Part shown: one piece after another, positions 35,621-49,367 of the stretch
How the letters are laid out: every line of letters begins with the position of its first letter
Numbering within the stretch: the first letter of the stretch is position 1
Notes under the pieces: model-generated
The model's database searches: none
What the model was told of the DNA's origin: nothing
The model's input: the letters and a program-made list of their open reading frames with translations, nothing else
NCBI GenBank assembly: GCA_964252035.1
Contig: OZ176200.1
Reading direction: 5' to 3' (one strand)
DNA length: 64,000 bases
Source: Podarcis erhardii
Taxonomy: Eukaryota
Program-made: the position numbers and the translations under genes

Positions 35621-36463
35621 TAAGGAGACTTCTAGTCATTGATCTGGAAGATGCCTTTTAAATACACTGTACATCATATGGCTAATTCATTTCTGTAAAA
35701 CCAAGGTCTCTTGGGAGGCAGAGGGGGGACTTCAATCCTATTTTATTACCTATTCTTCTTTTGGTGTAGGGAGCTTCCTGCTGGATGTACACTGGCACAG
35801 CTCCAAATAATTACACATCATGATGGCTGAACATTTTCCTTATTAGATTCTGCTTCTGGATTCCTTCCATGAGACTGCCTACGCCACTGTCATTTATTGG
35901 TATGCCTTGAGCAATTCCAACTTTGGTCATGTTCCACATTCTGAATGTCAGCTTCAAGTCAGAACACTTTTAAGAATTATCCTTTTAAAGGAAAACAATG
36001 TGCTCCACAAGTCTCTTATTGTACTTCTTTAATCTTATTCATGGCCCTAAATCTTGTCTCCTCTCGCCCTTTCATACTTTTTCACCTGGTGATCAAGCCC
36101 CAGAAGCCTTGCCAAATATTGTATGAAAAAGAAGAAAAGGAAACACTCATGGATGAGAACAAAGATAGAAAGGTTATCCAAACAAAAGAAATGAAAAGAA
36201 AATGTTGCTCCACTAAAAAAGGAACCCAAAAACCAAAGATGATTCTGAAACCAAACGGTACATGTTTATTTGGTACCCTGGGAAGGACGACAATTCTCCC
36301 GTCGTCACCAGCTACTCACAGCTCACCCTGGGACAATCCGTTAAGGCAGAGAATAGAAGATGCTTCAAAGATATAATCAACTCTACACTTTTGTACAAAC
36401 CTGCTTAATGTTTGATTTAATCATTTACACTGTATATGCATGGAATTTATTTGGGGTGGTGGG

Positions 36464-38823
36464 TCATAGAATCATAGAATCATAGAGTTGGAAGAGACCA
36501 CAAGGGCCATCGAGTCCAACCCCCTGCCAAGCAGGAAACAACATCAGAGCACTCCTGACATATGGTTGTCATGCCTCTGCTTAAAGACCTCCAAAGAAGG
36601 AGACTCCACCACACTCCTTGGCAGCAAATTCCACTGTCGAACAGCTCTTACTGTCAGGAAGTTCTTCCTAATGTTTAGGTGGAATCTTCTTTCTTGTAGT
36701 TTGGAACCATTGCTCCGTGTCCGCTTCTCTGGAGCAGCAGAAAACAACCTTTCTCCCTCCTCTATGTGACATCCTTTTATATATTTGAACATGGCTATCA
36801 TATCACCCCTTAACCTCCTCTTCTCCAGGCTAAACATGCCCAGCTCCCTTAGCCGTTCCTCATAAGGCATCATTTCCAGGCCTTTGACCATTTTGGTTGC
36901 CCTCCTCTGGACACGTTCCAGTTTGTCAGTGTCCTTCTTGAACTGTCGTGCCCAGAACTGGACACAGTACTCCAGGTGAGGTCTGATCAGAGCAGAATAC
37001 ATTGGCACTATTACTTCCCTTGATCTAGATGCTATACTCCTATTGATGCAGCCCAGAATTGCATTGGCTTTTTTAGCTGCCGCGTCACACTGTTGGCTCA
37101 TGTCAAGTTTGTGGTCAACCAAGACTCCTAGATCCTTTTCACATGTACTGCTCTCAAGCCAGGTGTCACCAATCTTCTATTTGTGCCTCTCATTTTTTTT
37201 GCCCAAGTGCAATACTTTACATTTCTCCCTGTTAAAATTCATCTTGTTTGTTTTGGCCCAGTTCTCTAATCTGTCAAGGTCGTTTTGAAGTGTGATCCTG
37301 TCCTCTGGGGTGTTAGCCACCCCTCACAGTTTGGTGTCATCTGCAAATTTGATCAGGATGCCCTTGAGTCCATCATCCAAGTCGTTGATAAAGATGTTGA
37401 ATAAGACCGGGCCCAAGACAGAACCCTGTGGCACCCCACTAGTCACTCTTCTCCAGGATGAAGAGGAACCATTGATGAGCACCCTTTGCGTTCGTTCGGT
37501 CAGTCAGCCAGTTACAAATCCACTGAGTGGTAGCATAGTCAAGACCATATTTTACCAGCTTCTTTACAAGAATATCATGGGGCACCTTGTCAAATGCCTT
37601 GCTGAAATCAAGGTAGGCTACATCCACTGCGTTCCCTTCATCTACCAGGCTTGTAATTCTGTCAAAAAACGAGATCAGGTTAGTCTGACATGACTTATTT
37701 TTCAGAAATCCATGCTGTCTATTGGTGATCACAGCATTCCTTTCTAGGTGCTCACAGACTGTTTGCTTAATGATTTGCTCCAGAATCTTCCCTGCTATTG
37801 ATGTCAGACTGACTGGGCGGTAATTATTTGGGTCCTCTCTTTTCCCCTTTTTGAAAATAGGGACAACATTTGCCCTCCTCCAGTCTGCCGGGACGTCGCC
37901 TGTTCTCCAGGAATTCTCAAAGATGACTGCCAGTGGTTCTGAGATCACATCGGCCAGTTCTTTTAATACTCTTGGATGCAGTTCATCTGGCCCTGGAGAC
38001 TTGAATACATCTAAACTAGCCAAGTATTCTTGTACTATCTCCTTAGTTATTCTGGGCTGTGTTTCCTCTGCTGAATCATTTGCTCCAAATTCTTCAGGTC
38101 GGGCATTGTTTTCTTTATCGGAGAAGACTGAGGCAAAGAAGGCATTGAGGAGTTCAGCCCTTTCTGTGTCCCCTGTTTGCATTTCACCATCTTCTCCTCT
38201 GAGTGACCCCACTGTTTCTTTGTTCTTCCTTTTGCTACGAACATACCCATAAAAGCCTTTTTTGTTGCTTTTAACCTCTCTAGCAAGCCTGAGTTCATTC
38301 TGTGCTTTAGCTTTTCTGACTTTGTGTCTACACATGCTGTCTATTTGTTTGAATTCCTCTTTAGTGGTTTCCCCCCTTTTCCATTTTTTGTACACATCCT
38401 TTTTTAATCTTAACTCAGTTAAAAGTTCTTTAGATAGCCACCCTGGCTTCTTTAGGCACCTTCCATGTTTCCGCCTCATTGGTATTGCCTGAAGTTGTGC
38501 TTTTACTATCTCCCTCTTAACAAACTCTCAGCCATCATGAACCTCCTTTCCTTTTAGTATTACTGTCCATGGGATCTCACCCAGCACTTCCCTAAGTTTT
38601 ATGAAGTCGGCTTTCTTAAAGTCAAGAAATTGAGTCCTAGTATGCTTGGCTGCTCCTTTCCGCTGTATAGTAAACTTCAGAAGAGCATGATCACTCGCGC
38701 CTAATGATCCTTCCACTTCTACTCCACTAACCAGGTCATCAACATTGGTTAGGACCAGATCTAAAATGGCTGTTCCTCTTGTTGCTTCTCCCACTTTCTG
38801 GATAATGAAGTTGTCTGCAAGGC
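36464..38823 (-). mobile_element. 5'-truncated CR1 LINE (ORF2 RT pseudogene)
   Basis: ORF fragments 38896-38528, 38479-37439 and 37122-36544 carry CR1 motifs ([55 protein letters not shown]); (ATTCTATG)n 3' tail at 36464; 4-bp AACG duplication near 37491-37498 and in-frame TAG near 37178. Confidence 0.95.
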
Positions 38824-41800
38824 CAGTGTTATATAGGGATTGTTTAAGTACTTCCCTAAGAATAAAGTTTAAAAAATAAAAGAAAAAAGAATGCATTGAG
38901 CTCAGGTGTAGAGCATGCTCTTTGCATGCAGGAGGTCACAGGTTTAATTCCTGGTACTTCCAGCTACAGCTTCTTGTTTGACACCCAGTGACAACACCAC
39001 TTAACTAGGTGGATCAACAGTCTAACATGGGATATGGGAATTTCTTGTTTTTCTAAGATTGTGCAGCTGTATGAATCCTTCATGGAGGATAAGGCTAGCA
39101 GGGGCTACCAGCTATGATGACTATGTTCTACATCTACAGTCTGAGACAGTGCAGTGCTGAACACCCATCACTGGGAACTGCAGATGAGGAGAGTGCTGTT
39201 GTGTTCAAGTTCTTCTTGTGAGCTTCCTCAGAGCATCTGTCAAGCCACTTTGAGAACACGATGCTGGACTAGGTCTCCTTTGGCCTGATCCAGCAGGCTC
39301 TTATGTTCTCAGGAACTGAGAGAGAGAAATAATAGAAACCTTAGCCTCCTCCTTGTTGGGGTGTTGTACATTTATTATCCAAATCCTGGCTGACACCCTG
39401 GCCTATGGACCAGATTTTGCATTTACTGTCATTTAATTAGAACTGGGAGGAGTCCAGGAAAGTGAGTGACATATGGGTAACTCTTGTGTTGCAAGCTAGT
39501 CCAGGGAGAAAGGCGGCTGTACTTTTGCTGGATATTCTTATGTACATGAATGTAGATGAATTACACACTTAAGAATGTACATGGATGCAGAAGAGTTTCC
39601 CACACTAAGCAGTAGAGACTGGCAGGGCTGTGCGGATAGGGTTGCATTGCTTTTCTTCCTGCCCCACACTGTGCATCGCTGCAAGATGCCAAGAGGGAGC
39701 AGCAGGGAGTTGGGCACTTTATGGATGCCATGTCAGAAGGGTAGGATTGGCTCTGCTGCTGTGCCTACGCCATGCTGAGTTCCCCACCGCCCTCCCCCTC
39801 TCAGTAACAGGCGACATAGGGCATTGGAAACTCAGAACAGTGCAGCCCCACTGGCTGCTACAGGCATTATGCATAGGCAGCACAGACTTCTCCCCAGACA
39901 TGTGAAGTTTGTGCAATTCTCTGACACAAAGAATCTCAGCATCTATTTTTTATTTTAAGTTTCCAGCCCTTATAGTTGCAAAACTATTTCTGGAAGATAT
40001 AATGCCATGTCACGTACACCTCCCCTGACTTGGGCCCCAGGTTTTGGGTGCCCAGCATGAGCAACATGACATCACGTTGCAGCATGACATCATGATGTCA
40101 CGTGCCCCGCGGAAGTCAGATTCTGAGATCTTGCAAGGCCTTGGACAGCATCTCCAAGGCCTCAGACGTGACTTCTGGTGCTTCACGAGGTGCCAGAAGT
40201 TGCATCGGGGGCCCTGTGGTGGGAGTGCCGAGCACCCACAACAAAAATTGTGGGTGCCCCTGCACACATATATATGTGCACACCTAGAGATGGTGCCCCT
40301 GCACACATATATATGAAGAGATTTCAGTGGTTGTCTCGAGTTCCTGCCACCTCACCCCACTTGTGTCCAATAGGAACACAGAACATAGGAAGCTGCCTTG
40401 TATTGAGTCAGACCATTGGTTCATCTAGCCCAGCATTGTCTACGCTGACTGGCAGCAGCTTTCTGGAATTCTAGGCAAGAGGTGCCAGACATTGAATTTA
40501 GGACCTTTGGCCTTCAAACAGGAGTTAAACCACTGAACTATGACTTCTGGTGCTTCCCCCAAATAATGGCTTCACCATAAAAAAAGAAATAGTAGAATAA
40601 AGTGTTTGTCACCTCTCCTTTGGCATTCGCCAGGGCTGGGGAAATGATATGAAAATTATGTTATAATTGTATGTAGCCATGTATGGAAATAACTGGCAGC
40701 TCTCCAGTTTGTATTTCTGATGTGGTTCCTAGTCATGAACAAATCACCCACCACTGAAGCCAAGTTGTTTCCTCAGCATGTGTACATAATAAGTGTGGCA
40801 GTGCTAGATCTTGATCGGCATAATTTGCCCGCAGTTCCTTCCTTTAGGAAACGGTGAACCTCTTTCAAATCCAAAGGGGCTGCTCATAAAAACTAAACGC
40901 TGGCAAACACATTAAAACACATGTTTTGAATAGACAAACAAGCTTCTCATGACCATAAAATCAGAATGGCAGTAGAGTGAAGGGGCAATGTTCTTAGGTG
41001 GGAAGGAAGATGAACAGAGAAGAAAGGGCTTAAAATTCTTGGGTGCGGGGCACATTTGATCTGCAGATCAGCCATCCCTGCTTTAGAAGATCACTTATTT
41101 TATGAACAGCAGCAAAAAACAACACAAAAACCACACAAAAACAAACCTTTGATGCATTGAAGAGGCACTGGCTCTGAATTGGGGAATTTTCTTCTGCAGG
41201 AGCATAACCCGTTCCCCCCACCCACCGGATCCGTACCCCTCCCAATCTTGTTCTTAATGTGGAATGTATGCTATGAGTACACATAAACAAATGGTCTTCT
41301 CTTCCCACTACAGCAGATGCCTCACTGTTTCTGAAACACAATGGGTGTGTGTCTGTTTGAGTTTTCATATAACCAAGCCATTCTTTTCTGAATGTACACA
41401 CAAACACACAGGGAGATTTAAAGCAAACAGGATACTGATAGAATTGCCTCCTTCCTTTCAGTGATAAGATCAGCCACTTTCCCCTCCCGAAGCTTAAAAA
41501 GAAAGTAATTCACACATTTGTGTATTTCAAAGAGGTTTCTCCTGTGAGGCCTGCTATCTTTCAATCTAAGCAAAACTGTGGGACTGACATTTGCTGGACA
41601 ACAAAATAAAAGGCATACACGATGGGATTTAATGAATGAATCCCGTCAGCAGAAGCCCTGTGCAAAGATGTCTGCTTGAGCAACGGGGTTCTCCCCTTTC
41701 TCTCCCCCATATCCCCCTGTACCCCTAAAATTGGCTTCAGGACAGGGGTCAGGAGAACCCCAGAAGCACTGAAAGGGGAAAGGAGAGGGGGGTGGGGAAA

Positions 41801-42429
41801 ATGTTTCCACTGATGGAATGAGCAGAGGAGCATGATGTTGAATTCCTTCCAAAATCACATGTATTGCTATATAGTCCATAAACAATCAGAGCTGTACATG
41901 TTTACGGGCATCCCCACATGCATCCAGTTGGCCACTGTGTGAACAGAATACTGATTTAGGATAAGTCAGGCATGGGGACCTTCATCACACAACCCAAATG
42001 ACTCCTGGCAGAGCTCATAATTTGGCTTGCAAGGCCATTTGGCCCCAGCCAAGCTGACCTGTCACTCAACATCAGATGTGGGCAAGTAAAGTGAATGTTG
42101 CAAAGGAACAGTTCAGAGCCTTAAAGTGCCCTCCTGATGGTTGCTCTGCAGTGGGAGTGACATCTGGTGCTGTTTAAATTTAGTGCCAAATACAAGTCCT
42201 GCTATTTTGGAATAAATCCACTCTGCTATGTTGCTCTCAGTTGGGAGTTTCCATGTGCAACCAATTTCAGTGGATTTGCATTCGGCACAGAATTTAAAAA
42301 GCACCAAGTGCAAGCCCCACTGCACAGGCACAAACAGGAGTGCACAGCTTCAGAGTGATCATTTGCAACAGAGCTGGCTTTCGGCAATATTTAAATTCAG
42401 TGCTCCAAGCAAGGGCTGCTTTTGTCTGG

Positions 42430-42567
42430 CAGCCTTTCTCAACCTGTGGGTCCCCAGATGTTGTTGAACTACAACTCCCATTACCCCTAGCTAGCAAGGC
42501 CAGAGCTCAGGGATGGTGGGAGTTGTAGTCCAACAACACCTGGGGACCCACAGGTTGAGAACCGCCG
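42430..42567. mobile_element. hAT MITE with SPIN/Charlie-like TIRs
   Basis: CAGCCTTTCTCAACCTGTGGGTCCCC...GGGGACCCACAGGTTGAGAACCGCCG; no clear TSD. Confidence 0.7.
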
Positions 42568-44397
42568 GGAGGGTTTGGATCCACATGTGATCACAGGAAG
42601 GTGAACCCACCCACCTGTCAAAATTGCAGGGGGATGGCCTAGATGACCCTCGGGGCACCTTCCAAAACTACAACTCAATGATTCTATGAAAAAGTGGCTC
42701 AAAGAGGGGTGGGGCGCTTACTGATCCTGTCCACTAGATGAAAGTGGTCCCCCCACCCCCAAGATCAACCTTTGCTCCTTTATTTCTTTTTCTTCTTTCC
42801 ATTGAAATGAAAATTACATTGTGCTTATGTTCATAATTTATATGATGTAGAATGTCTTAAAGTCTACTAATTAGCACTCTATTATTTTAATTAGCTGTCT
42901 ATAAAATCTGCTAAACAGAACCATCCAATTATAGTCAGATGAAATTCACCGACTTGTTAACTTCCATAACCCTCAACACAATGGAGAAGAAAATGGAGCT
43001 ATATAATCCAAAGCCAAAAAGGGCTGCTTCCTGTAAATGAATTCAGCAGAAATGACAATTATCACAGCGTCTGCATCAGATACCTTTAGACAGTTTTACA
43101 TACAGACTTGGCTTGAAGGCTGATCTGATAAACCTCATGACTCTTTTTGTAAGCCATGTGTCTTATGCCCTTTTAAAATGTGGGGGGTTTTTTGGAGGGG
43201 TTTTATTGGGTTGTTGTTTTTATTTTTATTATATAGTTTGTAGTTTTATATTTTGATTTTATTCTGTGAACTGCCCTGAGACCTCCAGGTGTTGGGTGGC
43301 ATATAAATTCAACAACAACAACAACAACAACAAGAAAAGGCACAATAAAAATATTATAATAACTCAGCCTAAAAAGAAGAACTTTCTAGCACTCATGGGC
43401 TGCGTCCCAGAGAGCGATACTTTAGATAGGCCTAAGGATTTGCATGTATTACAGGAGGATATTTGACCTTTTTCTGGGAACAGTGAACACCCATGAAATA
43501 TCACAAACCTTCAAATATCACAAAAGTATTTGAAAGCCCCCTTGCTTTGCTGTGTGGTATGGGAGGCTGCCGTTGCACAAGTCCAAAGCATATTTGGGCA
43601 ACTGCCTCTTGGGATTCATTCTAACAAACCTTTTATGTTAGAAATCAACATCAACATCCCCCACTAACATATTGCAAAGAGAGTACACAGAGAGGATTGT
43701 ATTGGAGAACAAAATCCTTTGGGGGGAAACAGAGAGGTGACCAATAGGCCTAAGAAGCCCTTTTCAGGCATTCTCCCCTCAGGGGACAACAATTGCACAA
43801 GGGGAAGGGTGGTGTCACACTTGCTGCTCCTACTCTCACCACTGTTTTCCTTCCAGCCCCTCTCCCCACCATGAGGGAGAAGATTTGAAATGGGGAGCCT
43901 GCTACATGTGTGTAGCAGAACCCTGAAGGCTGATATACAGGTGAGGTGGCCTAGGAGAGACGGCCTGTGCTGCTGCAGCTTTCCCACAGCACCTAGAAAT
44001 TCTCTGTTCAATCTGGTCCTGGCCATTCCCCATATACTCTGTTTTTCTTAGCCGCAATAACATATGCATTTTTGCTTCCTCAAAAATGTCCCAGTCCAAC
44101 AGTGGCACATCCCATTTCACCACCAGCCACCCCACCACCTCCACTGGAGAAGTGGCACCAGTGGTGGGCAGGGCACCCACAGAGGTGGTGGCTTCACCCT
44201 GGCTAATGGGTGGTTCGGACCCAGTCAGTCCTCACCACAGCAAAAATCCCCCCCTCCATTGAGTCATCGTTATTGAAACATAGTGTATCTTCAGGCTAGA
44301 GGCACCCAAATCCCTGGCTGGACCTTCTCAAAAGGTTTCTGATAAAAGACTTTGGGAGACAAGAGATCACGACAGCTCTCATTGCCAACCTCCTTAC

Positions 44398-44498
44398 CAT
44401 TTGAAGGATTCCACAATATGCCATCACGTACCCAGACGCCGCTGCTTCCAGACCAAAGAAATCAATAGATACGATAGAAAACATGATCAGGAACACAC
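44398..44498 (-). CDS. SLC22A18: SLC22A18 coding exon (101 bp, phase 1 to 0)
   Basis: CCTTAG|GT...ATG|GTAAGG; (G)VFLIMFSIVSIDFFGLEAAASGYVMAYCGILQM vs human GLFMVMFSIISMDFFQLEAAQAGYLMSFFGLLQM. Confidence 0.94.
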
Positions 44499-45026
44499 CT
44501 AAGGTTAGGGAAAAGACAACCTCTTTTTAGAAGGCAGGTGGCAGTGCTCAGCGCTGTTAACTAGAGATATCAAGAACTGAGCATGGGACAGAAGCCGTGT
44601 AAACTATGTATCTGTAGTGGCCTGCAAAGGTGCAGTGTTGCTGTTCTCCTGGGTCTCAAACGCAGCATGTTGCTGGTGCCTACCTGTGAGAGAAGGGGAG
44701 TGGTGAAGTGAAGCGGGCTTGGGGCTTTGCGGTGTGGCAAAGCCAACCTGAGGCTCTCGCCCTTAGGCTCCTGCACAACCCTCCAGCTCCCCAGGCCTCA
44801 GCCCTTCTCCTGCTGTAAGCACCAGCAACACACCATGTGTGGAAGCCAGGAGAACATTGGTGCTTCATTTTTGCCACCACACAGGCTGCTACTATGTGCT
44901 TTATCGCCACTGAACTATACTTTCCCCCCTTAAATGCGGTATCTTTTAAAACTCAATCATTTGGCATGTCTAAAATTGCAATGCCACATACTTTTTCTTG
45001 CTCTCTTTCACCCAAAGACGTCTGAA

Positions 45027-45196
45027 GCACAGTGTAGTGGTTAGGGTGTTGGGAAAGGACTGGGAAGGCCCAGGCTTCAAATCCCCACACAGTCACAAGT
45101 TTCACTTGTGTGACCTTGTGACACACTTCCTTAGCACAGCAACAGGGTTGTTGAAAGAACAAAATGGAGGACAGAGGACTATGTATGCTACCTTGA
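45027..45196 (+). mobile_element. tRNA-derived (MIR/CORE-like) SINE cut by the assembly gap; related copy at about 13850-14020
   Basis: A-box AGTGTAGTGGTTAG, B-box-like GGCTTCAAATCCCC, core TGTGACCTTG. Confidence 0.55.
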
Positions 45197-45348
45197 NNNN
45201 NNNNNNNNNNNNNNNNNNNNNNNNNNNNNNNNNNNNNNNNNNNNNNNNNNNNNNNNNNNNNNNNNNNNNNNNNNNNNNNNNNNNNNNNNNNNNNNNNNNN
45301 NNNNNNNNNNNNNNNNNNNNNNNNNNNNNNNNNNNNNNNNNNNNNNNN
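45197..45348. other. Assembly gap (152 N)
   Basis: Run of N. Confidence 0.99.
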
Positions 45349-46574
45349 AGATAGACGTGCATATATATACATGCAGTCAGTAAGTAAATGCTTATCTGCA
45401 CTAAAACATATACCTCTCACTTGTAGAAAAATAAGTATCAATTTATGTTCTTGGACAGCTAACCTATGGAGTTAAGCAGTGAACACTAGATCATGGTTAA
45501 GTCTAGCACAGATGAAGTCCACATCTACATCGCATGTGCAGGGTAGCCAATCCACAAGCGCTTTAAAGTAAGTCTTACTGAGTCCAATGGGGCTTACTCT
45601 CAGGAAAAGTGTGCACGGGCCTGTAATGTTCAACAGCGGCATGCTTTCCAAAGTAAGTTTGTTTGGAGAATACCATAATTAAGTGGAATGTGTTAGTGCT
45701 TTGTCAGTTTCTCAAAAGTTTTCTTGCTTTGAAAAAGAGGCTTCCATTTCTCTGCATTAGCTCTCAGGGAATGTTAAGATTTCTTTAGAACTTTGGTGGG
45801 TGTGGGATTTTGAGCTTGCCTCATCATTAAATGGTGGCCAAGGGTGTGTGTTCTTCTTTTCAGTAAGCATTTCCACAGCAATCTGCAGCCTCCCTGGCTG
45901 CAATTCCTGCTGTAAAAAACCCCACAAGAAGGTGATATCTTACCCTGGCCTTTAATTGAAACAGAGGAAGCCAGAAAGGCTGCAGAGTGCAGCCCACTAG
46001 TGAGGTGATGTGTAGGACAAAAGACAATATATCTCCAAATACTCATCAGTCACCTCAGAAGTAAAGCAAGTGTGACAAACCCCTTGGGAAGATTACTGAA
46101 ATTTTTACTCTGCTTTGATATTTTTCAAATGCAATTTCTTTTCTTTTCTCTAATAGATGGAGAACAGGGCAGATGGACACCTGTGGAATTGTCAGCACCG
46201 CACTAACCTGTGTACATCACAGCTTTGCTTATATTATAAATACAGGCAACACTATAATTTGGGCTCTACATATGTGTACATTACTAAAAATAATTATATG
46301 GTTGGAGCAACGAGATGAAAATAAATGAGAACATTTATCGGAAGGTTATCCCTCCAGCATTGAGGTATGTATAAGTGGATAACAGCCCTTCTCAGGGTCT
46401 CAGCAGGTTGGATCAGCAGCCGCAGAGGACAGAGATAGGCTCAGAAAGAGCATCAGAGCACTGGGCAGCCCAACCCTGTGCATCTTTATTCAGAAGAAAG
46501 TCCCACCAAGTTCAGTGGAGATTAAGGACTGCAGAGGAGTGAAGCTTAAAAAAAAGCAGTGGTGGTGCTCACAC

Positions 46575-46850
46575 GATTTAATTGTAAAAATTGTGGGATG
46601 TGAGATAGGATTAGACCCTGCCTCCTTCTTCTTATTCAATTATATAGATGGCTTGATGAAAAAAGAACACACAAGACCTTGTTTCGTAGGTGTTGACAGC
46701 AGCAAAAATACTATACGCAAGTAAATGGAGATTACAGGTTATGCCAACTCTAAATGAATGGAGTGATAAAATCTGGGAACCCATGTTAATGGCAAGATTG
46801 ACGCATTATATGAGGACAAAAGAACCCATTCAGTTTAATGTGCACAGGAT
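46575..46850 (+). mobile_element. Old L1/Tx1-clade ORF2 C-terminal relic
   Basis: IVGCEIGLDPASFFL... and LTAAKILYASKW...PTLNEWSDKIWEPMLMARLT resemble the C-terminal region of reptile L1 ORF2. Confidence 0.55.
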
Positions 46851-48060
46851 CAGATTGAAAAGGGAAGATACAGGACTGAGATAACAGCTGGAGCCAGAAA
46901 ATTTGCCCACATGTAGCTTACAAACCCAAATTCTTTTTCGTTCAGTCTTTCAAATGTAATCTCTTCAAACAATGGCAGAGTATCTTGGGGGGGGGGGATA
47001 GGAGCCCACTTATTGAATAGTGTGAGAAAAACATTCCATGCTATACCTGCAATTTAAAGGGTGTTTTGTATGGTATTGAATTCTGAGAATTTCTCCTTTA
47101 TTTAAGAAGTGACGCAATGGTATATAAAGCAGAGAGATGTTGAATTTAAGATACTGAAGTATATGTAAGTGGTACAAAAGCTGCTTGCCTAGTGGGGAGA
47201 AGCTTCAGGAATAGTTTGCTGTGAGGGGTGTCACTGACACAGTGAGGCAGGGGTTACGTGTGAGCACTGGCAGAGCCAACCCAAGCAGCCCTGACCTCAC
47301 CCCTCCTACTAAGCAGCAAAAGGCTACTGATTTAGGTCCACCCCACTGAGCAAGTCATAGCATAAGGGTATGTTTGTGTAATTGTATAGAAGTTACAATA
47401 ATGAGTTTTAAATATAGACAAAAACTGGACATTACGTTGATGGTGTGTTTAACTCCTGTGCTAAGGGTTCCCCAGGTCCTTTTTTACACAAAAAGCTACA
47501 CCTGTTGAAATTCCCTCTTCTGAACAAGTATTAAAGCAGTAAGAGCCCTGGCCTCATTTTAATTTGGCCACTTGCTAATGGCCTCAGGTGCTGAAGGCCA
47601 GCAGGACATGGCGTGGTAGGCCAGAGGCACTTACCTGACCTCCAAGCAGGTGAGTTTAAGTGGAGTGGGAAGATCAAGAGGGTGGCTAGGTCAGTGTGGT
47701 GTAAACGTACCAGCAGAGTCAATCCAGTGCTCCTGGCAGTGTGTTTGCACCACATCACCCTTATCTCTGCCCCACCACTCCATCTGTTACAGGTGGAGGC
47801 TAAAAAAAAACAACCCCCAAATAATTTCTGCAACAATGATTTTGGTGGTAGCCTAATACACTCTTAGACTGACCACAAGCTGGCTGACACCAGGCTCATG
47901 AGTTATACTGGAGTATGCAACACTAAGCGTTATATGATTTGCAACTTAAGGAATACATTTTTCTGCTGAGACAGAAACACAAAAGATGCCAATAATCCCT
48001 GGGCAACAATCATCTCTGACTGGAGATCTTATTTTAAAAAAACAAACATACAGCACTCAC

Positions 48061-48171
48061 CTGAAGGAAATCCGGAAAGTACCTTGATTAAAAAAACATC
48101 CATTACACCTGGAAGTTTCATTAGGCGAACAGTTTCTTTGAGACTAAATACACTAGTGGACTGGGACACAC
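48061..48171 (-). CDS. SLC22A18: SLC22A18 coding exon (111 bp, phase 1 to 1)
   Basis: TTTTTCTAG|GT...TCA G|GTGAGT; VSQSTSVFSLKETVRLMKLPGVMDVFLIKVLSGFPS(G) vs human RASVFDLKAIASLLRLPDVPRIFLVKVASNCPTG. Confidence 0.92.
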
Positions 48172-48859
48172 CTAGAAAAATTTTTAAAAATAGGTTAAAG
48201 TCTGGGAAACCAGGTGGGCACCAGAAAGCAAGGAAGTCATATGATATCTGAGCACAATGGTTTCTTTCTTTAGGAACACTTTCTACGCTCTTCTCTCCAG
48301 CATAGGTGCCCTTCCTAGGGAACATGACTGCATTGAACATGCAATAGACCTGCACTCCAGAATTTTATTTTTGACAGTAGTATCATCCTATGCACAACTT
48401 TTCAAAAGTAAGTCCCATTAAATTCATTGGTGCTAATCCCAAGAAATTCCAGTGTAAAGTATAGCAGTTATGTGCCTAGATTCTATAAGAACTTTTATCC
48501 ATTACTTTCTTAAAGCTGGAGCAAGCTGCAGACAAGGTCTTAATTTCTTGAATAGTTTTATCGCTGATTATTGTTATTTGCATTTATTAGTTGCTTTTCA
48601 CAAAGGGAAACATACATTCAGGCCAAATATAAAAACCAGAATAAAATCAAAATGTTAAAGCCCATCTATAATATGATAAAGAAGAGATCTAATTAATCTC
48701 TAAAAAACAGTTAACCTTATGTTAACCTAAAGAAGAATACATGTACTGTGAAATCTTGTATTCACTGCTGAGAATGCTGGTTAGTATTAATAAATTTTTC
48801 ATTCGATAGAACCCCTGGTTCTTGTTATAATGGACCAACACAGAGGCCTGATACTGATT

Positions 48860-49111
48860 AACCTCACTTCTATGGCAGCCCCTAAGTTGTGGAATTCCTT
48901 CCCCACAGAGGTGTGCCTGGTACCTTTGTTATGGAGTTTCCATCGCATGCCGAAGACACACCTCTTTACTCTGCCCTTTGACTATACATAAAGAGATGAT
49001 ATATATTTAGGACCCAGCCTGTTCTTTTGATTGCATTTGCTTTACATTGATTTCAATATTGTATTTTTAAATTGCTATAACATGCCCTGGGACCTGCCCT
49101 GGTAAAGGACG

Positions 49112-49153
<42 letters not shown>
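48860..49153 (+). mobile_element. L2 3' end with (AAT)n tail; similar fragments at about 17545-17880, 31900-32130 and 54480-55100
   Basis: L2-like 3' sequence ending GGGTAATAATAAT... Confidence 0.55.
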
Positions 49154-49154
<1 letters not shown>

Positions 49155-49367
49155 TTACTACATCAGGGAGGGTGACCAATCTGTGACCCTCCAGATGCTG
49201 TTGGACTTTGGGTCCCATTAGCCCCACCTGGTACAGTCAATGGCCAGGGATAATGGGAGATGGAAAAGTTGCTCATGTTTGGCTTACAAACCTAAATCCT
49301 TTTTAGCTTAGTCTTTAAAGCGTAATCGGTTAGGGTTAGGGAAAGGTCAGAAATGGTAAGCACTCAC

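Noticed and set aside
36289-36310. GACGAC...GTCGTC hairpin as another hammerhead stem II
   Set aside because: No CUGANGA or GAAA core on either strand.
35945-36376. 143-aa plus-strand ORF as a nested gene
   Set aside because: Lys/Glu content reflects A-rich DNA; no domain and no convincing splice sites.
45197-45348. Missing SLC22A18 exon hidden in the N gap
   Set aside because: Flanking exons join in phase (TCA G|GT GTG) and align contiguously with the human protein.
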